From positions 1,001,845 to 1,065,844 of the forward strand of contig OZ244920.1 in NCBI GenBank assembly GCA_965221875.1: a DNA stretch of 64,000 bases, read 5' to 3'. The translations under genes and the position numbers were made by a program. Below are positions 19,712-29,224 of this stretch, one piece after another. The number at the start of each line of letters is the position of its first letter. Within the stretch, counting starts at the first letter, position 1. The stretch is from Thermodesulfobacteriota bacterium. Lineage in GTDB: Bacteria; Desulfobacterota_D; UBA1144; Nemesobacterales; Nemesobacteraceae. The notes under the pieces are model-generated. The model made no database searches, was not told where the DNA came from, and was given only the letters and a program-made list of their open reading frames with translations.

Positions 19712-19917
19712 ACCGATTCTTCGCCAAGGTGCTGTTCAATTACCCTTATCATGTTGTCGACGCGTGTTCTTAGGTGCTCTTTTTCGGCTTCAAGCGAAGC
19801 GACATTCTCTCTGAGCACCTTAATTTCTTCAAGCAATCTGGTGTGTTCTTCAGCAGTCCTGGCGTTTTTATCTGCAAACTCTCTGATTTTTCTCTCAAGA
19901 ATCTCCAATGATTCCAT
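19708..19917 (-). CDS. ZapB-like coiled-coil protein
   Basis: 69-aa all-coiled-coil protein immediately upstream of zapA and overlapping it by 4 nt. The start was chosen at MESLEILERK. Confidence 0.45.
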   Translation of the reverse strand: MESLEILERKIREFADKNARTAEEHTRLLEEIKVLRENVASLEAEKEHLRTRVDNMIRVIEQHLGEESV

Positions 19918-19966
19918 AATGAAAATAAATTGTATCACTATGGTGACATTATTACAAGAATCGCGC

Positions 19967-22074
19967 CCCAAGTGGCCAAGGCTCTCTCACGCTAAGGAGA
20001 GGGGTTGGCATTATTGAAGGATGGCGGGGGTTTAAAGATATTGCTGGCTTTTTTCCATAAATGCTGTTATAAACAGTGTTTATGAGCAAGGGGTCATCAT
20101 CGGTTCCAACTCCGAAGTTCGTTCTCAAGGACGTTGCCGTGAGAGTTGCGCGTTGTGACGAAGTTCCCAGATGGAACGAACTTATGAACGAGAATCACTA
20201 TCTTGGGTTCAAGCAGTTTGCGGGTCGGGGTCTTCGGTACGTGGCGGAGTACGAGGGGCGATGGATAGCGATCGCCGGATGGCAGGCGGGAGCTTTCAAG
20301 TGCGCTCCGCGGGACCGCTGGGTGGGGTGGAAGCCGGAGTGTCAGTTCCGCAATCTTCATCTCATAGGTAACAACACCCGGTTTCTGGTTCTGGGCGAGG
20401 CGGGAGAGTTTCCCAATCTGGCCTCGTACTTCATGGGGTCCATGACGAAGCGGCTGAGCGGGGACTGGGAGGAGCGTTACGGGCACGGTCTGCTTCTGGC
20501 GGAGAGTTTCGTGGACCCCAGGCATTTTTCGGGAGCTATGTACAAGGCGTCTAACTGGAAGTACGTGGGTTTAAGCAGGGGATATCCCCGGTCAAACGGA
20601 GCTTACAGGAAACCCCACGGCAACAGGAAGGAGCTGTACGTATATCCTCTGAGGCGAGGGGCCCGCGGGATGCTTCGCCGCGGCAACGCTTTGGGAGAGC
20701 GGTGGAGAGCGAAGAGGGCGGGCACCCGCAGGTCGGACGAGGCGCTGCGTTCGCTTTACGATGAATTGCGGGAGGTGGAGGATTTCCGCAGGGCCCAGGG
20801 CAGAAAGCACAGCGTGGCGTGCGTTGTGGCTATATACATTCTCTCGTTTCTCTCGGGGATGAGGGGTGGTGACGCGGCGGCGCAGTACGCAAAGAGTCTC
20901 TCCCAGAATGAGCTTAAGGCTCTTGGGGGATGGTACAACAGGAAGACGGGCCGCTACGACGCAGTTTCAAGGGCCACTATGCACAGGGTAATAAGCCGCC
21001 TGGACCCCAGGGAGCTTGAGGAAACGCTCGCGCGTTATTCCTCCGCGCGGGTACGTTTCGGGGAGGCTGTGGCAGCAGACGGCAAACGGATACGGGGGGC
21101 CAACAGAAACGGGGATGAGCATTATGAGGTTGTAACTCTGGTGGAACATGGGAGCGGGGCGCCTCTGGGGAGTCTTAACTTCAGGGAAGAAGGCGGGGAG
21201 AGAGCAGCGGTCGCAGCTTTGCTCGAAGAAGTCTCCATAGAGGGGAGGATCATAACGCTTGACGCCCTGCATACCACGAGAAACACCGCCCGCTCCATCG
21301 TGGAGACCCATGGCGCGGACTACCTGTTCACGGTTAAGGGCAACAGTCCGCGCACTTACGAGGTGCTGAGTTCGGTGAACTGGGAGCGGGACGCCGAGAG
21401 ACGTTTCGCCGAGGCGCTGAACAAGGAGCATGGGCGTATGGAGCGGCGTTCCATAGAGGTTATGGACGCCTACAGGAGAATGATCAATTACCCTTGCGTG
21501 AAACAGGTGTTTCGGGTGAGGCGATGGCGCAAGGATATGAAGACACGGAAACAGACTGTTGAATACGCTTTCGGGATTACGTCGGTTGACAAGCGCAGGG
21601 GCACTCCCGAACAACTGCTTGCCTGGAACAGGGGACACTGGTCAGTGGAGACCAGAAATCACCTCATACGCGACACAACCTTCGGAGAAGACAGATGTCT
21701 CTCTCGCGTGGGCGGCGCTCCCGCCAACAACGCCGCGTGCGCCAACATAGCGCTCGCGGTTATTTTCCACAACAAGTTCAAAAGCGCGGCCGAGGCCACC
21801 AGACACTTCGCGCTGAACAGGGAAGCGGCTTTTGAAGCCCTGTTCTCACCGGGTTAGCCTGGCAGAATATTCCCCGCCATCTTTATTTCCATAAAAATCC
21901 GGAATCTCAAGGCGACACTTCGCCGGCAAACGTCAAAAAGTACCGGTACGCGTGCCGGCAATGTCCGGGAGGGCGGCTTTCCGGCACAAACCCCTGTTCT
22001 GCGCCGACAAATTGTTTGCTCCCCGGTATCAGCTCCGCAATTCGCTTCAAGAATAAGAGAGCCTTGCCCAAGTG
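19967..22074 (+). mobile_element. ISAs1-family insertion sequence (about 2.1 kb) with imperfect terminal inverted repeats (core GGCCAAGGCTCTCT / AGAGAGCCTTGCCC)
   Basis: IRs found at 19967-19990 and 22050-22074 flank the transposase ORF. Confidence 0.55.
20076..21857 (+). CDS. ISAs1-family transposase (H-repeat-associated, DDE) with an N-terminal DUF4338-like domain
   Basis: C-terminal NRGHWSVETRNHLIRDTTFGED matches the ISAs1 RGHWxIEN..HW.lDv.F.ED signature. DALHTTRNTARSIVETHGADYLFTVKGN is DDE-core-like. Confidence 0.8.
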   Translation: MFMSKGSSSVPTPKFVLKDVAVRVARCDEVPRWNELMNENHYLGFKQFAGRGLRYVAEYEGRWIAIAGWQAGAFKCAPRDRWVGWKPECQFRNLHLIGNNTRFLVLGEAGEFPNLASYFMGSMTKRLSGDWEERYGHGLLLAESFVDPRHFSGAMYKASNWKYVGLSRGYPRSNGAYRKPHGNRKELYVYPLRRGARGMLRRGNALGERWRAKRAGTRRSDEALRSLYDELREVEDFRRAQGRKHSVACVVAIYILSFLSGMRGGDAAAQYAKSLSQNELKALGGWYNRKTGRYDAVSRATMHRVISRLDPRELEETLARYSSARVRFGEAVAADGKRIRGANRNGDEHYEVVTLVEHGSGAPLGSLNFREEGGERAAVAALLEEVSIEGRIITLDALHTTRNTARSIVETHGADYLFTVKGNSPRTYEVLSSVNWERDAERRFAEALNKEHGRMERRSIEVMDAYRRMINYPCVKQVFRVRRWRKDMKTRKQTVEYAFGITSVDKRRGTPEQLLAWNRGHWSVETRNHLIRDTTFGEDRCLSRVGGAPANNAACANIALAVIFHNKFKSAAEATRHFALNREAAFEALFSPG

Positions 22075-22283
22075 GCATTTGCGCTGTAACGATTTTCAGG
22101 GTTCAGGTTTCTGGAACGAGAGCGGCGGCGAGACGTATTCCGGCACTCAGATGGCCATACTGCCCGATTCAGACGTAATCCGCCTCCGATTCACCTCTCC
22201 CGATCAGCCGCGGACGCAGCTTTCCCTTCTGGGTTAACTACTGTTTAAATTGTTTTACTGAATCACCGGGATGTTATCCAGCC

Positions 22284-24254
22284 CTAGCGGTAGTTTACTG
22301 TGAGGGGTTTGGGCAATCAGCAGCAGTGTTGTAACTATTTGAATTGATTGAACTACAAGAAGAAGAGGCGTATTACCTACCAGAAGTCAGAATTTCATCC
22401 AACCGCAGCTTCTCAGCCAGAACTTCCTGTGTTCTGGTTCTCTTCGGAGTCACAACAGCTGTCCTCTGAGGGCCCCTTACTCCCTGGGATGGATAGAGTA
22501 TCTCAAACTGCATTATTCCACTTAACTCCTCAAGCAGCTTCTCCATAGAAAGATCCTTCCAGAACTTTGCCGACTCTGTGTACAGATGCTGCAATATCGA
22601 AACCCCCAGCATACAGTAAAAAGCATGAACCCTTATCTTGCTGTCAGTCCAGTGGTACATGGGATTCCAGCTGACCCACTGCCCACTCTTAAGACCTCGA
22701 AACACCCTCTCTATTTTCTGCTGACCGTCATAAGCCTCTATCACCTGCTCCCCACTCCACCCAACACGATTGCTCATAAGCACAGTGCGACCGAAACGCT
22801 TGTCCATAAGCCCCGAGAGTTGTTCACAGTCCATAGAGAAGTTAAGCCTCCAAACACCGTTGCTACGCTCAAGCTCCCAGTTCACAATATCCGATACAAA
22901 CTGTGCCTGAAGATAACGAGATACACGATTACGTATCCCTTCCTCCGTATATCTTGCCCCCGGCCTGCCCAACTCCCTGTTAAGCCTTCTCATGGATTCC
23001 ATGGCCTTTGTAGCGGAATTAACAACACTCTGCATCTGCTCCGCCGCAAAACAAGACGAATACTTCAAAACCAGCAGATACTCCCTGCCATGACATAACT
23101 CCATGCAAGACCCCACACTCACCCCCGGATGAGCAAACCCCAAGGGCTTAAGTTCCTCTATGGACATCTCCCGCAATTCCTTCGGAGCCTGTTTCCACGG
23201 CAAAGCGCTTATCCACCCCAACCCCCTCTCCTCGAGCATTGAAGTATTCACTGTGGAAGCCGACCCCTTGTCCATTACCAGAGTTACGCTGTCGCGCTCA
23301 ATACTATGGCTGTCCAGCATCCCCACAAGCCTGTCTACAAGCCCCGGCAGCACACTGCTGTCGTTCAGGTTGCCAGGATACACCTTATGACACAGACTCA
23401 ACCCCGCCTCCCCGTCCATCACGTAACTTAATCCCACCTGGCGAAGATCATGACGCTTCTGCTTGTTACGCCCCCGCTTTGCAAGCTCACTGCGCTCATT
23501 GAATGTTGATATCCACGTGTGGAAGTTAGAAGTGTCATAGGCAAGCACGTAACGGCTTAGCAGATTCCTCTCCCTCCACGCCCCGAGCAAAGCAGCTTGA
23601 GCATGCTCAAGCTCATCGTTTCCCTCTTGTTGTTCAATACGGTCAAAAGCGTCCCAGAATGCCTGGGAAGTGAAGCGCTTGGAATCAAACCCCAGGTGTC
23701 TGCTGAGGATGCTGCCTGTGTACCATTGCTCAACCTGGGTTTTAGGCCCCGGATCACAGATTCTGTGTATTGCGGCAAGCAGCAGATAATGGGCTATGGA
23801 GGGACCTGATCTGGGTTGTGGCCAGATGGATTGCAGAGCTTCTACGACACCGCAGCGTTGCGCGCAGAGCCATAGTGCGGCTGGAAGACCGAATTCAACG
23901 GTTCTTGCTTGTTGTGGAAGGGGTGCGCCTTTTTCAAGGATCATGGATTCAACAGCTTCTGCAGTGCCGAGGTAGGTTTGTTTGGTAATGCGGGGTTTTC
24001 CGTTTACGCGAGAGGAGTGTACGACGTAGTAGTATCGTCTATTTCCTTTCTTTTTGTGGATGATGGATGCCATAGTAGGTAATACCATAATAACCAGTAT
24101 TCTATGCAAGTCAATAGTAGAAGATAAATAAAATATAGAAGAACAATACCCAACAGGGTAATACGCAATAAGAACGCAAAAAACCATTACATATCAAGGG
24201 GTTGTATCACTCTCTAAGTGGGATTAATTCGCTTCACAGTAAACTACCGCTAGC
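22284..24254 (-). mobile_element. IS1634-family insertion sequence (about 1.97 kb) with 20-bp perfect terminal inverted repeats CTAGCGGTAGTTTACTGTGA
   Basis: IR at 22285-22304 and its reverse complement at 24235-24254. It is inserted into the 3' end of the neighbouring IS1182-like transposase gene. Confidence 0.7.
22373..24073 (-). CDS. IS1634-family (IS4 superfamily) transposase
   Basis: N-terminal MASIIHKKKGNRRYYYVVHSSRVNGKPRITKQTYLG is the hallmark IS1634 transposase N-terminus. Confidence 0.85.
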   Translation of the reverse strand: MASIIHKKKGNRRYYYVVHSSRVNGKPRITKQTYLGTAEAVESMILEKGAPLPQQARTVEFGLPAALWLCAQRCGVVEALQSIWPQPRSGPSIAHYLLLAAIHRICDPGPKTQVEQWYTGSILSRHLGFDSKRFTSQAFWDAFDRIEQQEGNDELEHAQAALLGAWRERNLLSRYVLAYDTSNFHTWISTFNERSELAKRGRNKQKRHDLRQVGLSYVMDGEAGLSLCHKVYPGNLNDSSVLPGLVDRLVGMLDSHSIERDSVTLVMDKGSASTVNTSMLEERGLGWISALPWKQAPKELREMSIEELKPLGFAHPGVSVGSCMELCHGREYLLVLKYSSCFAAEQMQSVVNSATKAMESMRRLNRELGRPGARYTEEGIRNRVSRYLQAQFVSDIVNWELERSNGVWRLNFSMDCEQLSGLMDKRFGRTVLMSNRVGWSGEQVIEAYDGQQKIERVFRGLKSGQWVSWNPMYHWTDSKIRVHAFYCMLGVSILQHLYTESAKFWKDLSMEKLLEELSGIMQFEILYPSQGVRGPQRTAVVTPKRTRTQEVLAEKLRLDEILTSGR

Positions 24255-25706
24255 CCAACCCCCACCCACAAGAGACCTCATACACTCAGGCCTCCCAGCT
24301 TTTATGTGACCAACTGCAAGGGCCATCATCACCGCCAAAGCCAGCCCCACCCGGGTGGTCATCTTCGCCTTGCCCCTGATAAAGTGTTTTTCGAACCCGA
24401 AACTGTTATCGATTCTGGAGTTGATACGCTCTATGGCGCTTCTGCGCCTGTAAGCCCGTTTCCATGATGTACTGCACCGCGGCGTTGGAGTAAATATACG
24501 ACGGTCCTTCTCAAGAGGCACGCGTACGACCCTGCCGTAACCGTTTGTCTCGCATTGCGCATCCCTGTGACACTTCTCCCACCCTTTGCAGTGAAGACCA
24601 AGCACTGCCGCCGGACAGCGGAACTTCAAACTGCATCTACCGGGTTCAAACCCACTGAATACCATCTTGCGCTCTTCTCCGCTTACAGGACACCGACACC
24701 ATATCTGTCCCTTCTCCGTATAGAAGATATTGTCGTGAACACTCCCAAGAGGTCTCATGATCTTCTGTCCGCAAACATAGCTCTGTCCCTGCTTCTCCTC
24801 TCTCCAAAGTTCTCTTATGTCTATAATGGGACGAGTTTCATAATCATCCCAGAATTTCTTCTTCAAAGCACCGCTGTCAAGCCCCTTGTCAGCGCTGAAG
24901 TATCTGCATCTGTTTTTTAACTCCGGGGCTTTTCCAAACAACAGATCTGTCATGCGGTCAAGTTCCTTCACTTCCGAAACAGACGCCTTGGTCAAACTGA
25001 AGGCAACCGGTATCTCGTACCTGGTGTCGGCTATGATATGCAATCCGTAACCAAACCATGTTTTTATCTTCTTCCACGCCTTGCCGTTTGAATCAACGCC
25101 TTTGGTTTCGTGTTTTCCCCAGTCAGCCCCAGGGTCTGAAGTCTCCCCTGTCCTGCGATTCTCCTTTCCCGTGGAGTGGCTTTCTACGGCCTTGCCGTCA
25201 TAACCCAGGTTCTCACCGAAGTCAGGCAGCAGTTCCATCAGCTCTTCCCTCATTGTGTCAATCATCTTTGAGATAAGCCCCCGCTGTTGTTCAAGCTTTA
25301 CTATGTTTGAGAGGAACCGGGAGAAGGCAGAGCTTTTGGGAGCGGGAGTGCGGGGAGGGGAATCTATGGCTATCACCCCGGCTATGCCTTCACTCGGTTC
25401 AATTTCGTACCTGGTACGGCTTTGCAGGGGTACGGGGCAAAACCCGCACATCTCAAGCAGTGATGAGTTACGGTCAAGTTCCCGTATGAGTGATTCTATG
25501 GAGGCGTGCTGGAAGACTATGCCAGCAATAAGCGCCCTCCACATCGCCGCCACCGGGTATTCGTTACGGCCGTTTCCGCGCATTGCCAAAAGAGCGTGAA
25601 TGATTTCATCATCAGGCAATGCATCTAGAACAAGTTCGAGACGTCTGAGGTCGGAGAGTTTGTCGACTTGGTTCCAGCAAAAAGGTAGATTAGATTGTGT
25701 CGCCAT
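24234..25706 (-). CDS. IS1182/IS5-superfamily DDE transposase (DUF772 / InsH_N-like N-terminus). The last 6 codons and the stop are supplied by the inserted IS1634 end.
   Basis: N-terminal GRNEYPVAAMWRALIAGIVFQHASIESLIRELDRNSSLLEMCGF (DUF772 pattern) and C-terminal RSAIERINSRIDNSFGFEKHFIRG. Confidence 0.75.
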   Translation of the reverse strand: MATQSNLPFCWNQVDKLSDLRRLELVLDALPDDEIIHALLAMRGNGRNEYPVAAMWRALIAGIVFQHASIESLIRELDRNSSLLEMCGFCPVPLQSRTRYEIEPSEGIAGVIAIDSPPRTPAPKSSAFSRFLSNIVKLEQQRGLISKMIDTMREELMELLPDFGENLGYDGKAVESHSTGKENRRTGETSDPGADWGKHETKGVDSNGKAWKKIKTWFGYGLHIIADTRYEIPVAFSLTKASVSEVKELDRMTDLLFGKAPELKNRCRYFSADKGLDSGALKKKFWDDYETRPIIDIRELWREEKQGQSYVCGQKIMRPLGSVHDNIFYTEKGQIWCRCPVSGEERKMVFSGFEPGRCSLKFRCPAAVLGLHCKGWEKCHRDAQCETNGYGRVVRVPLEKDRRIFTPTPRCSTSWKRAYRRRSAIERINSRIDNSFGFEKHFIRGKAKMTTRVGLALAVMMALAVGHIKAGRPECMRSLVGGGWASGSLL

Positions 25707-25933
25707 GGGTTTTTTCCTCCGGGAAAGTGAATTTGGCTGTCACCATTAATTCTAACCCATGGCGACATTAAATCAAGTAATATCAGTAAGTTACTTGCCC
25801 CCGCATTAGTTTCAATCTGTTTGGTCTTGGGGTGAAATTTGTGGTTTCTGGAGAGAATCAGGCGGTTTTCGAGGGTTTTGGTAGAAATTCTGGGGTAAGA
25901 AATATTTTTGCCCATCCCAAACCCCTTGCCCTG
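24234..25933 (-). mobile_element. IS1182/IS5-like element, copy A, 3' end disrupted by the IS1634 insertion. Its 5' end was defined by comparison with copy B at 62988.
   Basis: About 230 bp upstream of the transposase start is conserved (roughly 85-90% identical) with the region upstream of the second transposase copy at 62988-63227. Confidence 0.5.
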
Positions 25934-26035
25934 CAGGCATATCCTTTACTACGCAAATGCCTCCCCAAGCGTGTTTATCAGGCCCGCAGAGAGAATTTTT
26001 TACGTTTTTGGGACTTTTTGTCTATAATTTCTGCC

Positions 26036-27124
26036 ATGCAGACAAGTCCTGTTGAAAATAAGAATCTGTTTGAGAAACTTGAGGAACTTGAGCGGAGGTT
26101 TGTTGAGCTTGAGGGGGCGCTCGGTGATCCTGACATTTCCGCTCAGCAGAGAATCAAGTGTTCAAAGGAGCGTGCGGAGCTTGAGGACGTGGTATCTGTC
26201 TACGCGCGGCTAAAGGAAGTTCTGGAGACTGCCGAGGAGAACCGCAAGTTGCTCGATGACAGTGAGCTTGCGCCTCTTGCACGCGAAGAACTCGAAGAAC
26301 TCTCAGAGGAGAAAAGCGAGCTTGAAGAGAGGCTAAAAAAGCTTCTTTTGCCTAAAGATCCGAATCTCGGGAAAAACGTGTTCCTTGAGATAAGGGCCGG
26401 GGCTGGAGGGGATGAGGCCGCGCTCTTTGCGGCTGACCTTCTCAGGATGTATTCGAGGTACTGCGAGAACCACCGCTGGAAAGTTGAAACCATAACGCTT
26501 AACGAAACCGGGATCGGGGGGATAAAGGAACTTGTGGTAAAGATCGAAGGGTGGGATGTTTACGGTAAGCTCAGGTATGAAAGCGGGGTCCACAGGGTGC
26601 AGAGGATACCTTCGACGGAGGCCGGTGGCAGAATACACACATCAACGGCGACCGTCGCCGTGCTTCCAGAGGCCGACGAGGTTGACGTGGATGTGGACGA
26701 GAAGGAACTCAAGGTAGATACTTTCAGGTCTTCGGGGCCGGGGGGTCAGCACGTTAACAAGACGGATTCCGCAATAAGGATAACCCATCTCCCGACGGGA
26801 ATCGTTGTGCAGTGCCAGGACGATCGCTCGCAGCAGAAAAACAGGGTTCATGCCATGAGCATGCTGCGCGCGAAGCTTTACGAGATGGAAGAGCGTAAAC
26901 GCGCAAGCGAGATCTCGCGCACAAGAAAAACCCAGGTCGGAAGCGGGGACAGAAGTGAGAAGATAAGGACCTACAACTTTCCTCAAGGGAGAATAACCGA
27001 CCACAGGATAGGTTTCACTCTCCATAAGATGGAATCGGTGCTTGGAGGAGATCTTGATCCTCTCCTGGAACCTCTCGCGGCTCATTTTCAGGCTGAAAGT
27101 CTCAAGAATCTGTCAGAGGTTTGA
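26036..27124 (+). CDS. prfA: Peptide chain release factor 1
   Basis: GGQ motif (SSGPGGQHVNKTDSAIRITHLPTG) and RF1 domain order. The start was chosen at MQTSPVENK. Confidence 0.95.
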   Translation: MQTSPVENKNLFEKLEELERRFVELEGALGDPDISAQQRIKCSKERAELEDVVSVYARLKEVLETAEENRKLLDDSELAPLAREELEELSEEKSELEERLKKLLLPKDPNLGKNVFLEIRAGAGGDEAALFAADLLRMYSRYCENHRWKVETITLNETGIGGIKELVVKIEGWDVYGKLRYESGVHRVQRIPSTEAGGRIHTSTATVAVLPEADEVDVDVDEKELKVDTFRSSGPGGQHVNKTDSAIRITHLPTGIVVQCQDDRSQQKNRVHAMSMLRAKLYEMEERKRASEISRTRKTQVGSGDRSEKIRTYNFPQGRITDHRIGFTLHKMESVLGGDLDPLLEPLAAHFQAESLKNLSEV

Positions 27125-27174
27125 CACTTTTCCCGATTTGTATTTGCCGGGCTAGGCAATAGAATATAGCTTCA

Positions 27175-27978
27175 ATGAATGTCATATACTTAATTTCCGC
27201 CCTTTACTTAATTTCTTCTCTTCTTTACGGTACTTACCTCTGGTCGCAGAAAAGAAAAATCTCCCGGGCGGGTGTTTATTTCGCCGTTGCGGGAGTGCTT
27301 ACTCATACCGCGCTACTCGTTGTTTTCCTCATGCGTGGCGACGTACTGGCCGGAAGCACTTCAAGGCCCCTTTTTATTTTCTCGTGGCTTATAACGCTCG
27401 TCTTTTTAGTTTCGCAACTGAGGTTCAAGACCCCTGTGCTCGGTGCGTTTGTGCTCCCCGTGGCTTTTCTCGGAACCTTGCCCTACGTGATCATTCCGGA
27501 CGGGATGATTACTCAGGACCCGACGCTTGGAAACCCATGGGTGCTGGTGCACATACTGTCCATTTTCCTTGGAGAGGCATTCTTCGCGATATCGTTTCTA
27601 GCGGGTGCAATCTACATATTCCAGGAAAATCAGCTGAAATCGAAAAAAATCGGAAGCAACCTAAAAAAACTTCCTTCCCTGATAACGCTTGACAAGATAA
27701 ACCACTTGAGTCTCCTGCTTGGATTCCCGCTTCTCACCGTTAGTCTCGTGATCGGTTTCATACTGGCAAGAGAGATATGGAGCGAGGGATGGATCTGGGG
27801 AACCAAGGAAACGTGGTCTACCGTTACGTGGCTTCTCTACGCTTTTTTGATAAACGGACGTCTTTCCCTTGGATGGAGAGGCAGGAGGGCGGCGCTGGGA
27901 GCCGTGATTGGGTTCTGCATTGTGGTGGCGACGTTCGTTGTGGGATATATATTCCCGGGGCAGCACAGATTTGAGTGA
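27175..27978 (+). CDS. ccsA: Cytochrome c biogenesis protein of the CcsA/CcmC family (heme handling, tryptophan-rich WWD motif)
   Basis: WSEGWIWGTKETWSTVTWLLYA W-rich motif in a polytopic membrane protein. Confidence 0.7.
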   Translation: MNVIYLISALYLISSLLYGTYLWSQKRKISRAGVYFAVAGVLTHTALLVVFLMRGDVLAGSTSRPLFIFSWLITLVFLVSQLRFKTPVLGAFVLPVAFLGTLPYVIIPDGMITQDPTLGNPWVLVHILSIFLGEAFFAISFLAGAIYIFQENQLKSKKIGSNLKKLPSLITLDKINHLSLLLGFPLLTVSLVIGFILAREIWSEGWIWGTKETWSTVTWLLYAFLINGRLSLGWRGRRAALGAVIGFCIVVATFVVGYIFPGQHRFE

Positions 27979-28082
27979 TGTTGCCTGCTGTTTATCGTGG
28001 CGCCGGTTTACAAAAATTCGGGAATATACGTTATAATATAGGTCCCAAATTACGGCAAAAAACTGTTTTAAGGAGGATTGCG

Positions 28083-28286
28083 ATGGCTGTAGCTAGAGTA
28101 ACAGAAGTGATAGGATCATCCGAGAAGTCATGGGATGATGCTGTGCAGGAGGCTCTTGACAGGGCGAACAAGACGATAAGGGGTCTTACCGGAATCGAGG
28201 TAACGAAAATGAACGCCCACATAGAGGACGGACAGATTACCGAGTATCGATCCCATGTCAGGATCACCTTCATTCTGGAGGATTAG
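28083..28286 (+). CDS. Dodecin-family flavin-binding protein
   Basis: 67-aa protein aligning to dodecin (VTEVIGSSEKSWDDAVQEALDRANKTIRGLTGIEV...ITFILED). RBS AAGGAGG upstream. Confidence 0.65.
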   Translation: MAVARVTEVIGSSEKSWDDAVQEALDRANKTIRGLTGIEVTKMNAHIEDGQITEYRSHVRITFILED

Positions 28287-28325
28287 GATCTCCTTACGGA
28301 ATATTTTCCCAAGACTGAAAACGAC

Positions 28326-29204
28326 GTGATGAACTGTTTTGTAAAATCACACGGGTTGGGAAATGACTATATTGTCTTAGACAGCGCCGAAATAGATTTT
28401 GATCTCGGCAAACCTGCCATAGAACTTATATGCCACAGGAACTACGGCATAGGTTCAGACGGCATACTGCTTCTGGTCCCGCCTGCAAGGGGGGACTTCG
28501 GTCTCAGGATTCTTAATCCTGACGGAAGCGAGGCGGAAAAAAGCGGGAACGGTCTGAGAATTTTCGCCAAGTACCTCTATGAAAGAAAGAACGCATCGAG
28601 CAAGACTTTTTCCATAGATACTCCCGGCGGTCTTGTTACTGCCGAAATTGAGGAAAAAGACGGGAAAGTCCACCACGTCACGGTGGAAATGGGCACGGCG
28701 ACTTTCAGGTCGGATAAGATACCGGTAGATATAGAAAATGAAGAAGCGGTGGCGCAGCGTCTGGTTCTCGGTGCATCGGAATTTGATTTTACTGCCGTTT
28801 CGGTGGGGAATCCCCACTGTGTTATTTTCTCCGAAGAGCTAAGAGAAGATCTCATAAGAGAACTCGGACCCGAGATAGAAAACCACCCCGTCTTCCCGAA
28901 CAGAACTAATGTTCAGTTCGCCCAGGTGATCTCTCGCGCGAGCGTTCGTATTTTGATCTGGGAGAGAGGGGCCGGCTACACTCTTGCCTCGGGCAGCAGT
29001 TCCTGCGCGGTCGCCGCCGCGTGTGTGAAGTCCGGTTTTACGGACCGGAAGCTCAGGGTACTGATGCCTGGAGGTCATCTCGACATAAATGTCGGGGAGG
29101 ACTGGGCGATTACTATGCGCGGCGAGGTGGAAGAAGTCTTTTCGGGAATATTAAGCGACGGTCTTCTTCACAAACTAAGAAATCCTTCCACTATAAGCTT
29201 ATAG
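28326..29204 (+). CDS. dapF: Diaminopimelate epimerase
   Basis: GLGNDYIVLD, GNPHCVIF and GSSSCAVAAA catalytic-cysteine motifs. Confidence 0.85.
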   Translation: MMNCFVKSHGLGNDYIVLDSAEIDFDLGKPAIELICHRNYGIGSDGILLLVPPARGDFGLRILNPDGSEAEKSGNGLRIFAKYLYERKNASSKTFSIDTPGGLVTAEIEEKDGKVHHVTVEMGTATFRSDKIPVDIENEEAVAQRLVLGASEFDFTAVSVGNPHCVIFSEELREDLIRELGPEIENHPVFPNRTNVQFAQVISRASVRILIWERGAGYTLASGSSSCAVAAACVKSGFTDRKLRVLMPGGHLDINVGEDWAITMRGEVEEVFSGILSDGLLHKLRNPSTISL

Positions 29205-29224
29205 AGCGACCGATTCGTTTTTTC

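Noticed and set aside
20967-21638. 223-aa minus-strand ORF
   Set aside because: It is antisense inside the ISAs1 transposase gene.
25832-26035. 5' extension of the prfA ORF (MKFVVSGENQAVFEGFG...)
   Set aside because: This stretch lies inside the terminal about 230 bp of the IS1182-like element. A near-identical peptide is encoded at the other IS copy (62972..63175). It is IS-end sequence, not part of RF1, and the real prfA start is the Met at 26036.
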